Assembly: GCA_028277085.1 (NCBI GenBank)
Contig: JANQHL010000230.1
Coordinates: 1 to 57,859 of the forward strand
Direction: 5' to 3'
Length of the DNA: 57,859 nucleotides
Origin: Flavobacteriaceae bacterium
GTDB taxonomy: Bacteria > Bacteroidota > Bacteroidia > Flavobacteriales > Flavobacteriaceae
The position numbers were made by a program, and so were the translations under genes. Shown here piece after piece: positions 46,727 to 56,489 of this stretch. Below the pieces are notes generated by a model. The model made no database searches. It was not told the DNA's origin and saw only the letters and a program-made list of their open reading frames with translations. How positions within the stretch are numbered: position 1 is the stretch's first letter; each line of letters begins with the position of its first letter.

Positions 46727-48595
46727 ATGTTTGAAAAGAAATACGACATAATTGTAGTGGGTGGGGGTCACGCTGGTGCGGAAGCCGCTGCTGCGGCTGC
46801 AAATATGGGCTCCAAAACGCTTTTGGTTACGATGAACCTTCAGACCATTGGTCAAATGTCTTGTAATCCGGCCATGGGAGGGATTGCTAAGGGGCAGATC
46901 GTTAGGGAAATTGATGCCCTTGGGGGCTACAGCGGAATTATTAGCGATAAGTCCGCTATACAGTTTAAAATGTTGAATAAGTCCAAGGGACCCGCAATGT
47001 GGAGCCCAAGGACACAGAATGATAGGATGCGTTTTGCAGAGGAGTGGCGTTTGGCATTGGAGCGTACACCTAATGTTGATTTTTATCAGGAGATGGTATC
47101 CGGCTTGTTGGTAGACAGCGGTAGAATTGTGGGCGTCAGAACATCACTGGGAATCGAAATATTCTCCGACGCCGTTGTGCTTACGAACGGAACCTTTCTT
47201 AATGGACTAATTCATATTGGGGAGAAACAATTTGGTGGGGGAAGGGCTGGAGAGCGTGCGGCCACAGGAATCACGGAACAATTGGTGGATTATGGTTTTG
47301 ACAGTGGAAGAATGAAGACAGGGACGCCTCCCCGGGTGGACGGACGTTCTCTTGACTACAGCAAAATGATACCGCAACCGGGAGACACACATCCGGAGAA
47401 GTTCTCTTATTTGGAAAGTTGCGTACTCAAAGAACAGCGCGACTGTCATATGACGCATACATCCCCCCTTGTTCATGACCTGTTACGAAAAGGGTTTGAT
47501 AGATCACCCATGTTCAATGGTAGGATTAAAAGTATCGGGCCAAGATATTGCCCTTCTATTGAGGATAAAATAGACCGGTTTGCCGAGAAGGATGCGCATC
47601 AGATCTTTGTAGAACCAGAGGGTTGGAACACCGTGGAAGTGTACGTCAACGGCTTTTCGACTTCCTTACCTGAGGATGTTCAATTTTCGGCTTTGCGTTC
47701 GGTGAAAGGTTTTGAAAATGTTAAGTTTTTCAGGCCTGGATACGCCATAGAATATGATTACTTCCCACCCACTCAATTAAAACACAGCTTGGAGACGAAG
47801 ATAGTGGAAAACCTCTTCTTTGCTGGTCAAATTAACGGCACAACCGGATATGAAGAAGCTGCTGCGCAAGGCCTAATGGCAGGCATCAATGCGCACTTAA
47901 AGATCAATGAAAAGGAGGCCATGATCCTGAATCGGGACGAGGCCTACATAGGAGTGCTAATAGATGATTTAATTACCAAAGGAACAGAAGAGCCGTATAG
48001 AATGTTTACGTCAAGGGCAGAATATAGAACCTTGCTTAGACAAGATAACGCAGATTTGCGGCTTACACCAAAAGGATATGCTATTGGATTGGCCAAGGAA
48101 GAACGATTAAGAAGGATGGAGGAAAAGCAAAACAAGGCGCAGCAATTTATTAGTTTCTTCAAAAAAACGAGTTTTATTCCGGAAGAAATTAACCCTATTC
48201 TGGAATCCTTAAACTCAGCAACGGTCAAGCAGTCCGACAAAATGTTCAAGGTCTTTTCCAGACCAAAGGTTACTATGGATCATATGCTCACGCTGCCGGC
48301 AGTTTCCAATTTTGTAGAGGAACATCAGATTGATAATGAGGCTATGGAACAGACAGAGATCCAGGTAAAATATTCGGGGTATATTGAAAAAGAGCGTAAC
48401 AATGCCAACAAGCTGCAACGACTGGAAAACATCAAGATTCCGGAAAACTTTGATTATTCAAGAGTAAAGTCGTTGTCCTATGAGGCTAGAGAAAAGCTAC
48501 AACAGATACAACCGGTTACCATCTCACAGGCTTCAAGGATAAGCGGGGTTTCTCCGGCAGATATAAGTGTGCTTTTAGTGTTTCTGGGCAGATAA
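46727..48595 (+). CDS. mnmG: tRNA uridine-5-carboxymethylaminomethyl(34) synthesis enzyme MnmG (GidA)
   Basis: VGGGHAG.EAA, MSCNPAMGG, KTGTPPR, GPRYCPSIEDK, GQINGTTGYEEA and EPYRMFTSRAE. Confidence 0.97.
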   Translation: MFEKKYDIIVVGGGHAGAEAAAAAANMGSKTLLVTMNLQTIGQMSCNPAMGGIAKGQIVREIDALGGYSGIISDKSAIQFKMLNKSKGPAMWSPRTQNDRMRFAEEWRLALERTPNVDFYQEMVSGLLVDSGRIVGVRTSLGIEIFSDAVVLTNGTFLNGLIHIGEKQFGGGRAGERAATGITEQLVDYGFDSGRMKTGTPPRVDGRSLDYSKMIPQPGDTHPEKFSYLESCVLKEQRDCHMTHTSPLVHDLLRKGFDRSPMFNGRIKSIGPRYCPSIEDKIDRFAEKDAHQIFVEPEGWNTVEVYVNGFSTSLPEDVQFSALRSVKGFENVKFFRPGYAIEYDYFPPTQLKHSLETKIVENLFFAGQINGTTGYEEAAAQGLMAGINAHLKINEKEAMILNRDEAYIGVLIDDLITKGTEEPYRMFTSRAEYRTLLRQDNADLRLTPKGYAIGLAKEERLRRMEEKQNKAQQFISFFKKTSFIPEEINPILESLNSATVKQSDKMFKVFSRPKVTMDHMLTLPAVSNFVEEHQIDNEAMEQTEIQVKYSGYIEKERNNANKLQRLENIKIPENFDYSRVKSLSYEAREKLQQIQPVTISQASRISGVSPADISVLLVFLGR

Positions 48596-48603
48596 GGCGG
48601 TCA

Positions 48604-48619
48604 TGTTCCACGTGGAACA
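48604..48619. promoter_or_regulatory. parS site downstream of mnmG
   Basis: Perfect 16-bp palindrome TGTTCCACGTGGAACA. Confidence 0.9.
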
Positions 48620-48673
48620 GAAGGATTACTGGCTCGATTTTTGTACTGCCTTTTTAGCTAAATCGAAACCAAT

Positions 48674-49234
48674 ATGAAGCGCGTGTTACCACTCCTGCTG
48701 TTAGCCGTCTTTTTTCAGTCTTGTGTGCCATTGCGAATTGCCCCAAAGGTGGAAGACTACAAGGTCACCAAGGGAAATCGTTTTAGGAAAGGGCTCCCGG
48801 AAAAAAGGATTTTTGTATTTGAAGATCCAAAAGAACAATACCACTTTTACGATTACATCAACACGAAATTTGACCTTAACGACTATTATGTGGATGTGGA
48901 GGTCCCGTTTCAGTTGGAGGGGAATGACTATTTCTTTTCTTTTTATGAGGTTCATATTTCTGATAAGGCAATTGACTTATTCCCGATGTTATTGGATGCG
49001 GCGGTGAATGTGATGTTGGGGAATGAAGATTTTGGGACCTATCTGACTACCGAGGAGAATAGCACCGTAAATAGTAGCAACTATTATATTGCCATAGAGG
49101 TATTTTCAAATACTGAAGCGGATTGTTTACAGGACAATTATCCAAATCAAACGGCTATTTTAGCGTATCTTCGAACATTAAAAGAAGAGTACCTCGCTAC
49201 CGACAACTATAATGAAGTTGTATTTAAAAACTAG
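48674..49234 (+). CDS. Hypothetical lipoprotein
   Basis: Lipobox FQSC; 186-aa ORF overlapping the next gene by 23 nt. Confidence 0.7.
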   Translation: MKRVLPLLLLAVFFQSCVPLRIAPKVEDYKVTKGNRFRKGLPEKRIFVFEDPKEQYHFYDYINTKFDLNDYYVDVEVPFQLEGNDYFFSFYEVHISDKAIDLFPMLLDAAVNVMLGNEDFGTYLTTEENSTVNSSNYYIAIEVFSNTEADCLQDNYPNQTAILAYLRTLKEEYLATDNYNEVVFKN

Positions 49235-50051
49235 AGATTTTTCGGTTTCGCAAGAAGAATTTGAACTCCTTCGGGATGGAAACAAGGAGTTGTTGTATAC
49301 CCATCCAGTCCCGAAGAATTTGGATAAGTATTACGATAGTGAAGACTATATTTCCCACACTGATGCGAACAATACCCTGTTCGATGGACTATACCAGTTG
49401 GCTAAACGATATAGCCTTAGTAAAAAGGAGCGCTACGCCAGGAAATATTGTAGGAAGAAAAAGTCATTGTTAGATATGGGTTCTGGCACGGGGGACTTTT
49501 TGCTATATGCTACAAAAAAGAATTGGCAGGTTGCCGGAATAGAACCCAATGAACGAGCGGCTAAGAGATCAGCCGCTAAAGGAATTCGTGTGTACCCCAC
49601 ACTTCAAGCGCTACAAGGGAGATCTTTTCAGATAATTACCCTCTGGCACGTGCTGGAACATCTTCCGGACCTTGAGGCAAGTATTAACGGGATAGAAAGA
49701 CTGCTGGAAGATGACGGAACCCTAATAGTTGCTGTTCCCAATTTTAAATCTTTTGATGCGAACTACTACGGACCGTATTGGGCTGCCTATGACGTGCCCA
49801 GACATGTCTGGCATTTTTCCAGGCGGGCGATTCAAAAACTTTTTCATAACCATGGGTTCCGCTTGATCAAAACCAAACCCATGTGGTTGGACGCATATTA
49901 TGTGGGGATACTTTCCGAACGTTACAGGGGATCCAGATGGCCTTTTTTAAGAGGTATCTGGATGGGTTGTAGGTCAAACGCAAACGCTCTGGTGTCAAAA
50001 GAATGCTCTTCGCATATTTATATACTCCAGAAGGCAAAAAATTCATTCTAA
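49212..50051 (+). CDS. Class I SAM-dependent methyltransferase
   Basis: LLDMGSGTG (motif I), GIEP, ITLWHVLEHLP and YDVPRH.WHF. Confidence 0.9.
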   Translation: MKLYLKTRDFSVSQEEFELLRDGNKELLYTHPVPKNLDKYYDSEDYISHTDANNTLFDGLYQLAKRYSLSKKERYARKYCRKKKSLLDMGSGTGDFLLYATKKNWQVAGIEPNERAAKRSAAKGIRVYPTLQALQGRSFQIITLWHVLEHLPDLEASINGIERLLEDDGTLIVAVPNFKSFDANYYGPYWAAYDVPRHVWHFSRRAIQKLFHNHGFRLIKTKPMWLDAYYVGILSERYRGSRWPFLRGIWMGCRSNANALVSKECSSHIYILQKAKNSF

Positions 50052-50239
50052 GCGCCTTCTCTCGCCGATCTGCAATGCTTGTATGGAATAGCCAGCGGAA
50101 ACGCCTAAACGCGCGTCAAAGGCCTCAGAAAGGAGATTTTTTAATAGAAAAAAACTATATTATAACCATTTTACCATAGCTTTTGACTATGAATATAAAT
50201 TTACATACTACGAGCTTTAATCGCATTAAAAGCTTTCCC

Positions 50240-50247
50240 TATTTTTG
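50240..50247 (+). promoter_or_regulatory. -7 promoter element for the Skp/OmpH gene
   Basis: TATTTTTG, 22 nt upstream of the ATG at 50270. Confidence 0.55.
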
Positions 50248-50269
50248 CCGAATCATAAAAAAGTATGTG

Positions 50270-50776
50270 ATGAAACAATTTTTGGTTTTAGGGGGTATTT
50301 TCCTGTTGGTGGCTTGTCAACAAGATAAAATTGGTTTTGTAGACAATGTTCAATTAATGGATGGTTATCAGGAAAAGATTGATGTCGAAAATAAATTCAA
50401 AACAAAAGCGGAAGCCCTAACAAAAAAAAGAGATAGTATTTCTCAGGCCTTCGATTTGGAGTTGAAGGCTTTTCAAACAAAGGCGCAAAGTCTATCACAG
50501 CAGAAAGCTCAGGAAGAATATGGGCTAATACAGCAACGTGCTCAATTTATGGGTCAGCAATTACAACAGGAAGAACAACAACTACAAGCCACCGGGCAAA
50601 CAGAAATGGATAGTGTGGTAAGCAAAGTGAAGAAAGAGATCACTGCCTTTGGTAAGCGTAATGGATATACCTATATCCTAGGGGGCGGCGAAGGCGGAAG
50701 CGTGTTGTATGGTACAGAAGCAAAAGACCTTACCAAAGATATTCTAGTCATTTTAAACGATAAGTATAACAACTAG
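50270..50776 (+). CDS. OmpH/Skp-family chaperone (lipoprotein)
   Basis: LVAC lipobox, KIGFVD, Q-rich coiled coil, GYTYIL...VLY...DLT..IL..LN. Start moved to 50270. Confidence 0.88.
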   Translation: MKQFLVLGGIFLLVACQQDKIGFVDNVQLMDGYQEKIDVENKFKTKAEALTKKRDSISQAFDLELKAFQTKAQSLSQQKAQEEYGLIQQRAQFMGQQLQQEEQQLQATGQTEMDSVVSKVKKEITAFGKRNGYTYILGGGEGGSVLYGTEAKDLTKDILVILNDKYNN

Positions 50777-50811
50777 AGTATCGTCGTAAGAATAAATTGG
50801 TTTTAATAAGG

Positions 50812-51210
50812 CTATTGCAACAAAAACAAAAGAAATACCGTCGGCATTAAATAAATGACAATGGTCTTTGCTCCCTCATAGTCTTTGGCCAATCGCTGCC
50901 CAAGAAGTAACATAAGCAATGCTATTCCTGAAAACAAGGCGCCATACCAGGCAAATAAGGTTTCATCGAAAAGAATTAGATGCGCCAGGCCAATTAACGA
51001 GAATACCCCTGATACCACTTCCATAACCAGGATAATGCCCAGTACGAGGGGTACGACATTCTTAAAAACTGACTTAGAAAAGTGACCTCTTAGCCAGGAG
51101 AGATTTCCGGACCAATCGACTATTTTATCGATTCCGCTTTGCAGAAAAACAATGACGAGAAAAGCAAGAAGAAGACATTCTGCGGTATTGTCGTAAAAAT
51201 GTAAGTGCAT
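50812..51210 (-). CDS. DoxX-like membrane protein
   Basis: FLQSGIDKI.DW.GN, GQRLAKDY; 4 TM helices. Confidence 0.8.
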   Translation of the reverse strand: MHLHFYDNTAECLLLAFLVIVFLQSGIDKIVDWSGNLSWLRGHFSKSVFKNVVPLVLGIILVMEVVSGVFSLIGLAHLILFDETLFAWYGALFSGIALLMLLLGQRLAKDYEGAKTIVIYLMPTVFLLFLLQ

Positions 51211-51221
51211 GCTATCTGAAT

Positions 51222-52373
51222 TTAGTGGGCTTTAACGTGTAACAATCGGGTAAGCTTGATAGATAAATCTGCGAATATGATCCGGGAATTACCATTGCGT
51301 TCTATATGCAAAGCAGCATTTTCCAACTCTTCAACTAATTCGAAGATATTGTTTTCATGCACAAATGGAGCAAATTTCTCTAAATGGAATCCCTCGACAT
51401 GAATTTTGGAATACACTAACTCCGGCATATTGTAATTGAATAGTAGGGCCTGTCTCATAATTCCAAGGCAATAATGAAGAAATTTCTTTTGAACTTCTCG
51501 CCCTGTTTTAGCCACTTCCTCGCTCCATTGCAAGAGCTCATGAATCACTGCTTTGTTACCTTTTGCTTTGAAAGCGCTCCGCACCCAGTGCACAAACCAT
51601 TTCTCAAATACCAGGTCTTCCGAATCCTGATGTAAAAGATCCAATGCCTTGTTGAAGTTTCCATGGGCTTCCTGAGCCAATGGAAGCGCTTTGGAAGGAT
51701 GGACTCCTTTTTTTTCCAATGCTCTAGCAATCACCGCTTCCGGCAAATGCGAAAAATGCAAAATTTGACAGCGGGAACGGATAGTAGGAATTATTTTTTC
51801 TTCCTCTTCCGCTATAAGCAGCAGGACCGTTTTTTCTGGGGGTTCTTCTATAAGTTTTAGGAGCTTATTTGCGGTAGAAGCATTCATTTTCTCAGCCATC
51901 CATACCAACAATATTTTGTACCCTCCTTCATAAGATTTGAGCGATAACCGCTTTACAATATCATGTGCTTCATCTACTCCAATTTGGCCTTGCTTCTTTT
52001 CAACTCCAATGAGGCGGTACCAGTCAAATAAATTGCCATAGGGCTGCTCTTTTAAAAATTCCCGCCATTCTTCTAAATACATGCTGCTTACAGGCCGGCT
52101 TTTTGCTTTGTCTGAAGTGGCTACCGGAAAGGCAAAATGCAGGTCCGGGTGGGTTAATGTTGTGCATTTAAGATTACAGGCACTATTCTCCCCCTCATTA
52201 TCCTCTCCGGAATTACCACAGAGTACATATTGCGCGTAAGCAAGAGCCATAGGTAGGGTACCACTACCCTCAGGGCCTATAAATAACTGGGCATGTGGGA
52301 TTCTTCCCGCCCTGGCCGTTGTGAGCAGGTGATTCTTAATATGCTGCTGTCCTAAAATTTCACGAAAATGCAT
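51222..52373 (-). CDS. holB: DNA polymerase III delta-prime subunit
   Basis: F.EILGQ, GRIPHAQLF.GPEG.G, HPDLHF, NKLLKLIEEPP and TIRSRCQ. Start moved to the ATG at 52373. Confidence 0.9.
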   Translation of the reverse strand: MHFREILGQQHIKNHLLTTARAGRIPHAQLFIGPEGSGTLPMALAYAQYVLCGNSGEDNEGENSACNLKCTTLTHPDLHFAFPVATSDKAKSRPVSSMYLEEWREFLKEQPYGNLFDWYRLIGVEKKQGQIGVDEAHDIVKRLSLKSYEGGYKILLVWMAEKMNASTANKLLKLIEEPPEKTVLLLIAEEEEKIIPTIRSRCQILHFSHLPEAVIARALEKKGVHPSKALPLAQEAHGNFNKALDLLHQDSEDLVFEKWFVHWVRSAFKAKGNKAVIHELLQWSEEVAKTGREVQKKFLHYCLGIMRQALLFNYNMPELVYSKIHVEGFHLEKFAPFVHENNIFELVEELENAALHIERNGNSRIIFADLSIKLTRLLHVKAH

Positions 52374-52378
52374 GTTAC

Positions 52379-52386
52379 CAAATATA
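52379..52386 (-). promoter_or_regulatory. -7 promoter element for holB
   Basis: TATATTTG on the minus strand, only 5 nt before the inferred ATG. Confidence 0.6.
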
Positions 52387-52466
52387 GGGGATTTGTACTT
52401 TTCAAAGTACAATACTAAATCCGGGTATCCTCACTGAAATCGGTTTTCTAGGGCTAGGGAATTAAC

Positions 52467-52474
52467 TACATTTG
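52467..52474 (+). promoter_or_regulatory. -7 promoter element for pgk
   Basis: TACATTTG, 20 nt upstream of the pgk ATG. Confidence 0.65.
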
Positions 52475-52494
52475 ATAAATTAAAACGAGACCAC

Positions 52495-53685
52495 ATGAAA
52501 ACAATTGAAGACTATAACTTTGAACATAAAAGAGCGCTTATTCGGGTAGATTTTAATGTCCCCCTGGACAAAGACTTTCAGGTTACGGATACCAGCCGTA
52601 TTGAAGCGGCGAAACCCACAATATTAAAGATACTGGAAGATGGAGGAAGTGCTGTTTTAATGAGTCATTTGGGAAGACCTAAAGGCACAAGAAATGCGGC
52701 AATGTCGTTAAGTCATATCAGCGAAAAGGTGTCTGAGATTGTTGGTGTTCAAGTAAAGTTCGTTGATGATTGTGTCGGTGAAAAAGTGGAAGCAGCATAC
52801 GGTGATTTGCAGGATGGGGAAGTGTTATTATTGGAGAACCTCAGGTTTTATCCTGAAGAGGAAAAAGGAGATCGGGATTTTGCCGAGCAATTGGCATCGT
52901 TTGGGGATGTCTATGTAAATGATGCTTTTGGTACAGCGCACAGAGCCCATGCGTCCACTACCATCGTAGCAGATTTTTTCCCGAATTCAAAGTGTTTTGG
53001 GTATTTGTTAGCTAAAGAAATAAAGGCAATTGAAAAAGTCATGCAAACGGGAGAAAAACCGGTTACCGCAATTTTAGGGGGAGCCAAAGTATCTTCCAAA
53101 ATAACGATTATCGAAAGCATTCTGGACAAAGTGAATCATCTTATCGTCGGTGGAGGAATGACCTATACTTTTGTTAAAGCCCAGGAGGGTCAAGTGGGTG
53201 ATTCCATTTGCGAAGATGATAAACTTGAATTGGCGTTGAACATCTTGAAACTGGCCAAAGATAAGGGAGTAGCAGTGCATTTACCTGTTGATGTCCTGGC
53301 GGCGGATGCCTTTGACGAAAGCGCGAATACACAAATTTTACCTGTAGATCAAATCCCGGACGGTTGGCAAGGATTGGATGTGGGACCACAGACTTTGGAA
53401 AAATTTAAGGAGGTGATCATCAATTCCAAAACCATTTTATGGAACGGTCCTGCAGGAGTTTTTGAAATGAAACCTTTTGCCAAAGGGACCATTGCAATTG
53501 GCAATTTTGTGGATGAAGCCACGCAAAAAGGGGCCTTTTCCCTGGTTGGAGGTGGAGATTCCGTAGCGGCTGTTAAACAATTTGGGTTTCAAGACAAAGT
53601 GAGCTATGTATCCACAGGAGGAGGGGCGATGTTGGAAAGCCTGGAAGGGAAGACACTCCCGGGGATTGCTGCAATATTAGGATAA
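52495..53685 (+). CDS. pgk: Phosphoglycerate kinase
   Basis: [39 protein letters not shown] and STGGGA. Confidence 0.97.
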   Translation: MKTIEDYNFEHKRALIRVDFNVPLDKDFQVTDTSRIEAAKPTILKILEDGGSAVLMSHLGRPKGTRNAAMSLSHISEKVSEIVGVQVKFVDDCVGEKVEAAYGDLQDGEVLLLENLRFYPEEEKGDRDFAEQLASFGDVYVNDAFGTAHRAHASTTIVADFFPNSKCFGYLLAKEIKAIEKVMQTGEKPVTAILGGAKVSSKITIIESILDKVNHLIVGGGMTYTFVKAQEGQVGDSICEDDKLELALNILKLAKDKGVAVHLPVDVLAADAFDESANTQILPVDQIPDGWQGLDVGPQTLEKFKEVIINSKTILWNGPAGVFEMKPFAKGTIAIGNFVDEATQKGAFSLVGGGDSVAAVKQFGFQDKVSYVSTGGGAMLESLEGKTLPGIAAILG

Positions 53686-53800
53686 TCAAGACGTTATCGA
53701 CTAACAGACCTATCCAAATTTTTGGCGTTTTCCTAAAAATGGTTTCATTTTTTGAAAAAAATGGCGCATTTTAGTACGTCCTGGACTAAACCAAACCCAA

Positions 53801-55399
53801 ATGAGAAGAAATAGCTACTGGTTACTACCCATTATTTGTTGCATGTTAAGCACGGTGCTTTTGGCTCAGGCTCCGGACGCTGCCATATCTATTCCGGATT
53901 CGCTTAGTACGTTACAAGCCCCTTTAGCTGGCGAAACTAAGGGTGTGGAAGCGCAAAAATTACCGATTGTTCTGGACACTGTACAGCAGCTGACCCTAGA
54001 AGATCTAGAGGTGGTATACGCCTATGACAGTCTTTGGCTGAGAGAACTGGAGCGAAATACTATATTGTCTCAGGAGATGTACGCAGAAGTCACGCAACCT
54101 TCCATCGATTCGCTTGAAGCTTTACGTCTCCCGACGGATACTTTGAAAGCAAGGTTAGCACAATTGAATGAAAAGACACCTTTTAACATCGCGTACAACC
54201 CTTCTTTGGAAAGAGTGATTCATACCTTCCTCACAAAAAAAAGAGACTTGATGGAGCGGATGCTTACTACAAGTCAGTTTTACTTTCCGCTGTTTGAGCA
54301 GGAACTCGATAATCACAACATTCCGTTAGAAGTGAAGTACCTGGCCATTGTAGAATCTGCGTTAAATCCCAGGGCGAAATCAAGGGTAGGTGCCACAGGA
54401 TTGTGGCAGTTTATGTTTTCAACCGGTAAAATGTACGGTTTGGACGTAAGCAGTTACGTGGATGAGCGTAGTGATCCCGTAGCTTCAACTAAATCGGCAT
54501 GTCGGTACCTCTCAAAATTATATGAAATTTTTAACGACTGGGACTTGGCACTTGCGGCCTACAACTCCGGCCCCGGAAATGTGAATAAAGCCATTCGCCG
54601 CTCAGGGGGATATCAGAATTATTGGAATTTACGGAGGTATCTTCCACGTGAAACAGCAGGCTATGTCCCCGCATTCCTGGCCACCATGTACATTTTCGAA
54701 TACGCCTCAGAACACGGACTTCGAAAAACCCTGGTAGAACGCCCTTATTTTGAAACGGATACGGTACTGGTCAAAAACCTGATCACCTTTGAACAGATCT
54801 CAGAACTGGTAAATATTTCAGTAGAAGAACTTAAGGTTCTGAATCCTCAGTATAAATTGAATATTATTCCCAAAGTAGCTGGAAAAGCATACACCCTGCG
54901 CTTACCTTTGAAGCATTTGGGCAAATTTGTAAATAATGAAACTGCTATTTACAATCATGTACAGCAATCATTGAATAAAAGGGAAAAACCGTTACCACAG
55001 CTTGTCAATAGCAATGATAGGATCCGGTATAAAGTAAGAAGTGGGGATTATTTGGGAAAAATAGCGGAAAGATACGGAGTGGGTGTTAGCCAGATAAAGC
55101 GCTGGAATGGCTTAAGAAGCAACAATTTACGCATCGGACAACGTCTTACTATTTATCCAAGAAAACCAGTTGTAACAGCCTCAAATACAGGAACCAAAAC
55201 TCCTGCCACAAAGCAAAAACCTGTACAACTACCAAAGGACCCTTCCAAAATACATGTGGTACAATCCGGGGATTCGTTGTGGACCATTTCAAGAAAATAT
55301 CCTGGTGTTACTATTGAAAATTTGAGAAAATGGAACGGTATTCGCGGTAATAATTTGAAACCCGGAACAAAATTGAGACTCTGCGAATGTTCGTCTTAA
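53801..55399 (+). CDS. mltD: MltD-like lytic transglycosylase with two LysM domains
   Basis: LAIVESALNP.A.S..GA.GLWQFM, LAAYNSGPG, LPRET..YVP; LysM repeats YKVRSGD.L..IA and HVVQSGDSLW.IS. Confidence 0.88.
   Translation: MRRNSYWLLPIICCMLSTVLLAQAPDAAISIPDSLSTLQAPLAGETKGVEAQKLPIVLDTVQQLTLEDLEVVYAYDSLWLRELERNTILSQEMYAEVTQPSIDSLEALRLPTDTLKARLAQLNEKTPFNIAYNPSLERVIHTFLTKKRDLMERMLTTSQFYFPLFEQELDNHNIPLEVKYLAIVESALNPRAKSRVGATGLWQFMFSTGKMYGLDVSSYVDERSDPVASTKSACRYLSKLYEIFNDWDLALAAYNSGPGNVNKAIRRSGGYQNYWNLRRYLPRETAGYVPAFLATMYIFEYASEHGLRKTLVERPYFETDTVLVKNLITFEQISELVNISVEELKVLNPQYKLNIIPKVAGKAYTLRLPLKHLGKFVNNETAIYNHVQQSLNKREKPLPQLVNSNDRIRYKVRSGDYLGKIAERYGVGVSQIKRWNGLRSNNLRIGQRLTIYPRKPVVTASNTGTKTPATKQKPVQLPKDPSKIHVVQSGDSLWTISRKYPGVTIENLRKWNGIRGNNLKPGTKLRLCECSS
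54640..54655. promoter_or_regulatory. parS-like site inside the mltD-like gene
   Basis: TCTTCCACGTGAAACA, one mismatch to TGTTCCACGTGAAACA; encodes the L-P-R-E-T motif. Confidence 0.5.
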
Positions 55400-55411
55400 C
55401 TTAGGAATATC

Positions 55412-56401
55412 ATGAGAAATTTGAGAACACTTTGGATACTGATAGTAGTAATAGTAGTTGCTTCCTGTAATGGAACCGGGAAGCGACAACAATTTTTACC
55501 TCCTTCCACAGGGAGCGTTAACTCCCTAATGGTGGTTATGGAAAATGACCTCTGGCAAGGTGCCGTTGGCGACAAAGTGCGGGAGCTGTTTGCCCAACCG
55601 GCTTTGGCACTTACCCCAGAGCAACCTATTTTAACCTTGACACAAATACCCCCTCAGGTTTTTAAAGGAGCTGTTACCCATTCCCGTTCTATTCTATATG
55701 TACAACAGGACTCGCTGGCGGTCAGTCATATTAAATCCAATGTGTATGCTTTACCCCAAAAGGTAGTCGTGGTTAAGGGTACGAATTACGGGGAGCTGGT
55801 AGGGGGCTTAGAAACTATCGCTGAAGAAGGAATTGCAGCCTACAGGGGTGTTGAAATACAAGAAGCACAAAAACGCTTTAAACGTTCTTTAAACAAAGAA
55901 AGCGCCTTATCGGAAACCTTGGGGATCTCTTTAACGATTCCCTCCGCTTATCGTGTTGGAAAGCAGGAAGAGAATTTTGTTTGGTTAGATAGGCAAATAC
56001 CTAAGGGCAACATGAATATTATTGCTTATGCGATGCCCGAAGATAGTTTTACGAATGATTCCACTTTCGTACGCGACATTGTTGCAATGCGTGACTCCAT
56101 AGGAAAAAAATATGTGCCAGGCCCGGAAGATAATACCTATATGATTACCGAAAAGGCTTTTGCACCCTATGTGTTTCCAGCCGAGATTGGCGGGAAGAAA
56201 GCTGCCCAGGCCAAAGGAATATGGGAAATAAACGGCTATCCCATGGCCGGCCCTTTTCTAACCTATATTATTAACGACAAGGAAAACAACCGAAAACTCG
56301 TATTAGAAGGTTTTACTTTTGCTCCTTCCACTCAGAAACGGGACTATATGTTCGAACTTGAAGCTATCCTTAGGACACTCAGGTTTGAAAAGGCACTTTA
56401 A
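55412..56401 (+). CDS. DUF4837-like lipoprotein
   Basis: VASC lipobox; RDSIGKKYVPG, G.WE...MAGPF and EGFTFAPS..KRDYMFELEAI. Confidence 0.75.
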   Translation: MRNLRTLWILIVVIVVASCNGTGKRQQFLPPSTGSVNSLMVVMENDLWQGAVGDKVRELFAQPALALTPEQPILTLTQIPPQVFKGAVTHSRSILYVQQDSLAVSHIKSNVYALPQKVVVVKGTNYGELVGGLETIAEEGIAAYRGVEIQEAQKRFKRSLNKESALSETLGISLTIPSAYRVGKQEENFVWLDRQIPKGNMNIIAYAMPEDSFTNDSTFVRDIVAMRDSIGKKYVPGPEDNTYMITEKAFAPYVFPAEIGGKKAAQAKGIWEINGYPMAGPFLTYIINDKENNRKLVLEGFTFAPSTQKRDYMFELEAILRTLRFEKAL

Positions 56402-56489
56402 ACCGTTAAAGGTTTTGGCAAGAAGCCCCTTCTTACCCTTTCAGGTTTGTATTGTTCCAGCTTTTTAAGTAAACAGGGTCCTGTTTGAC

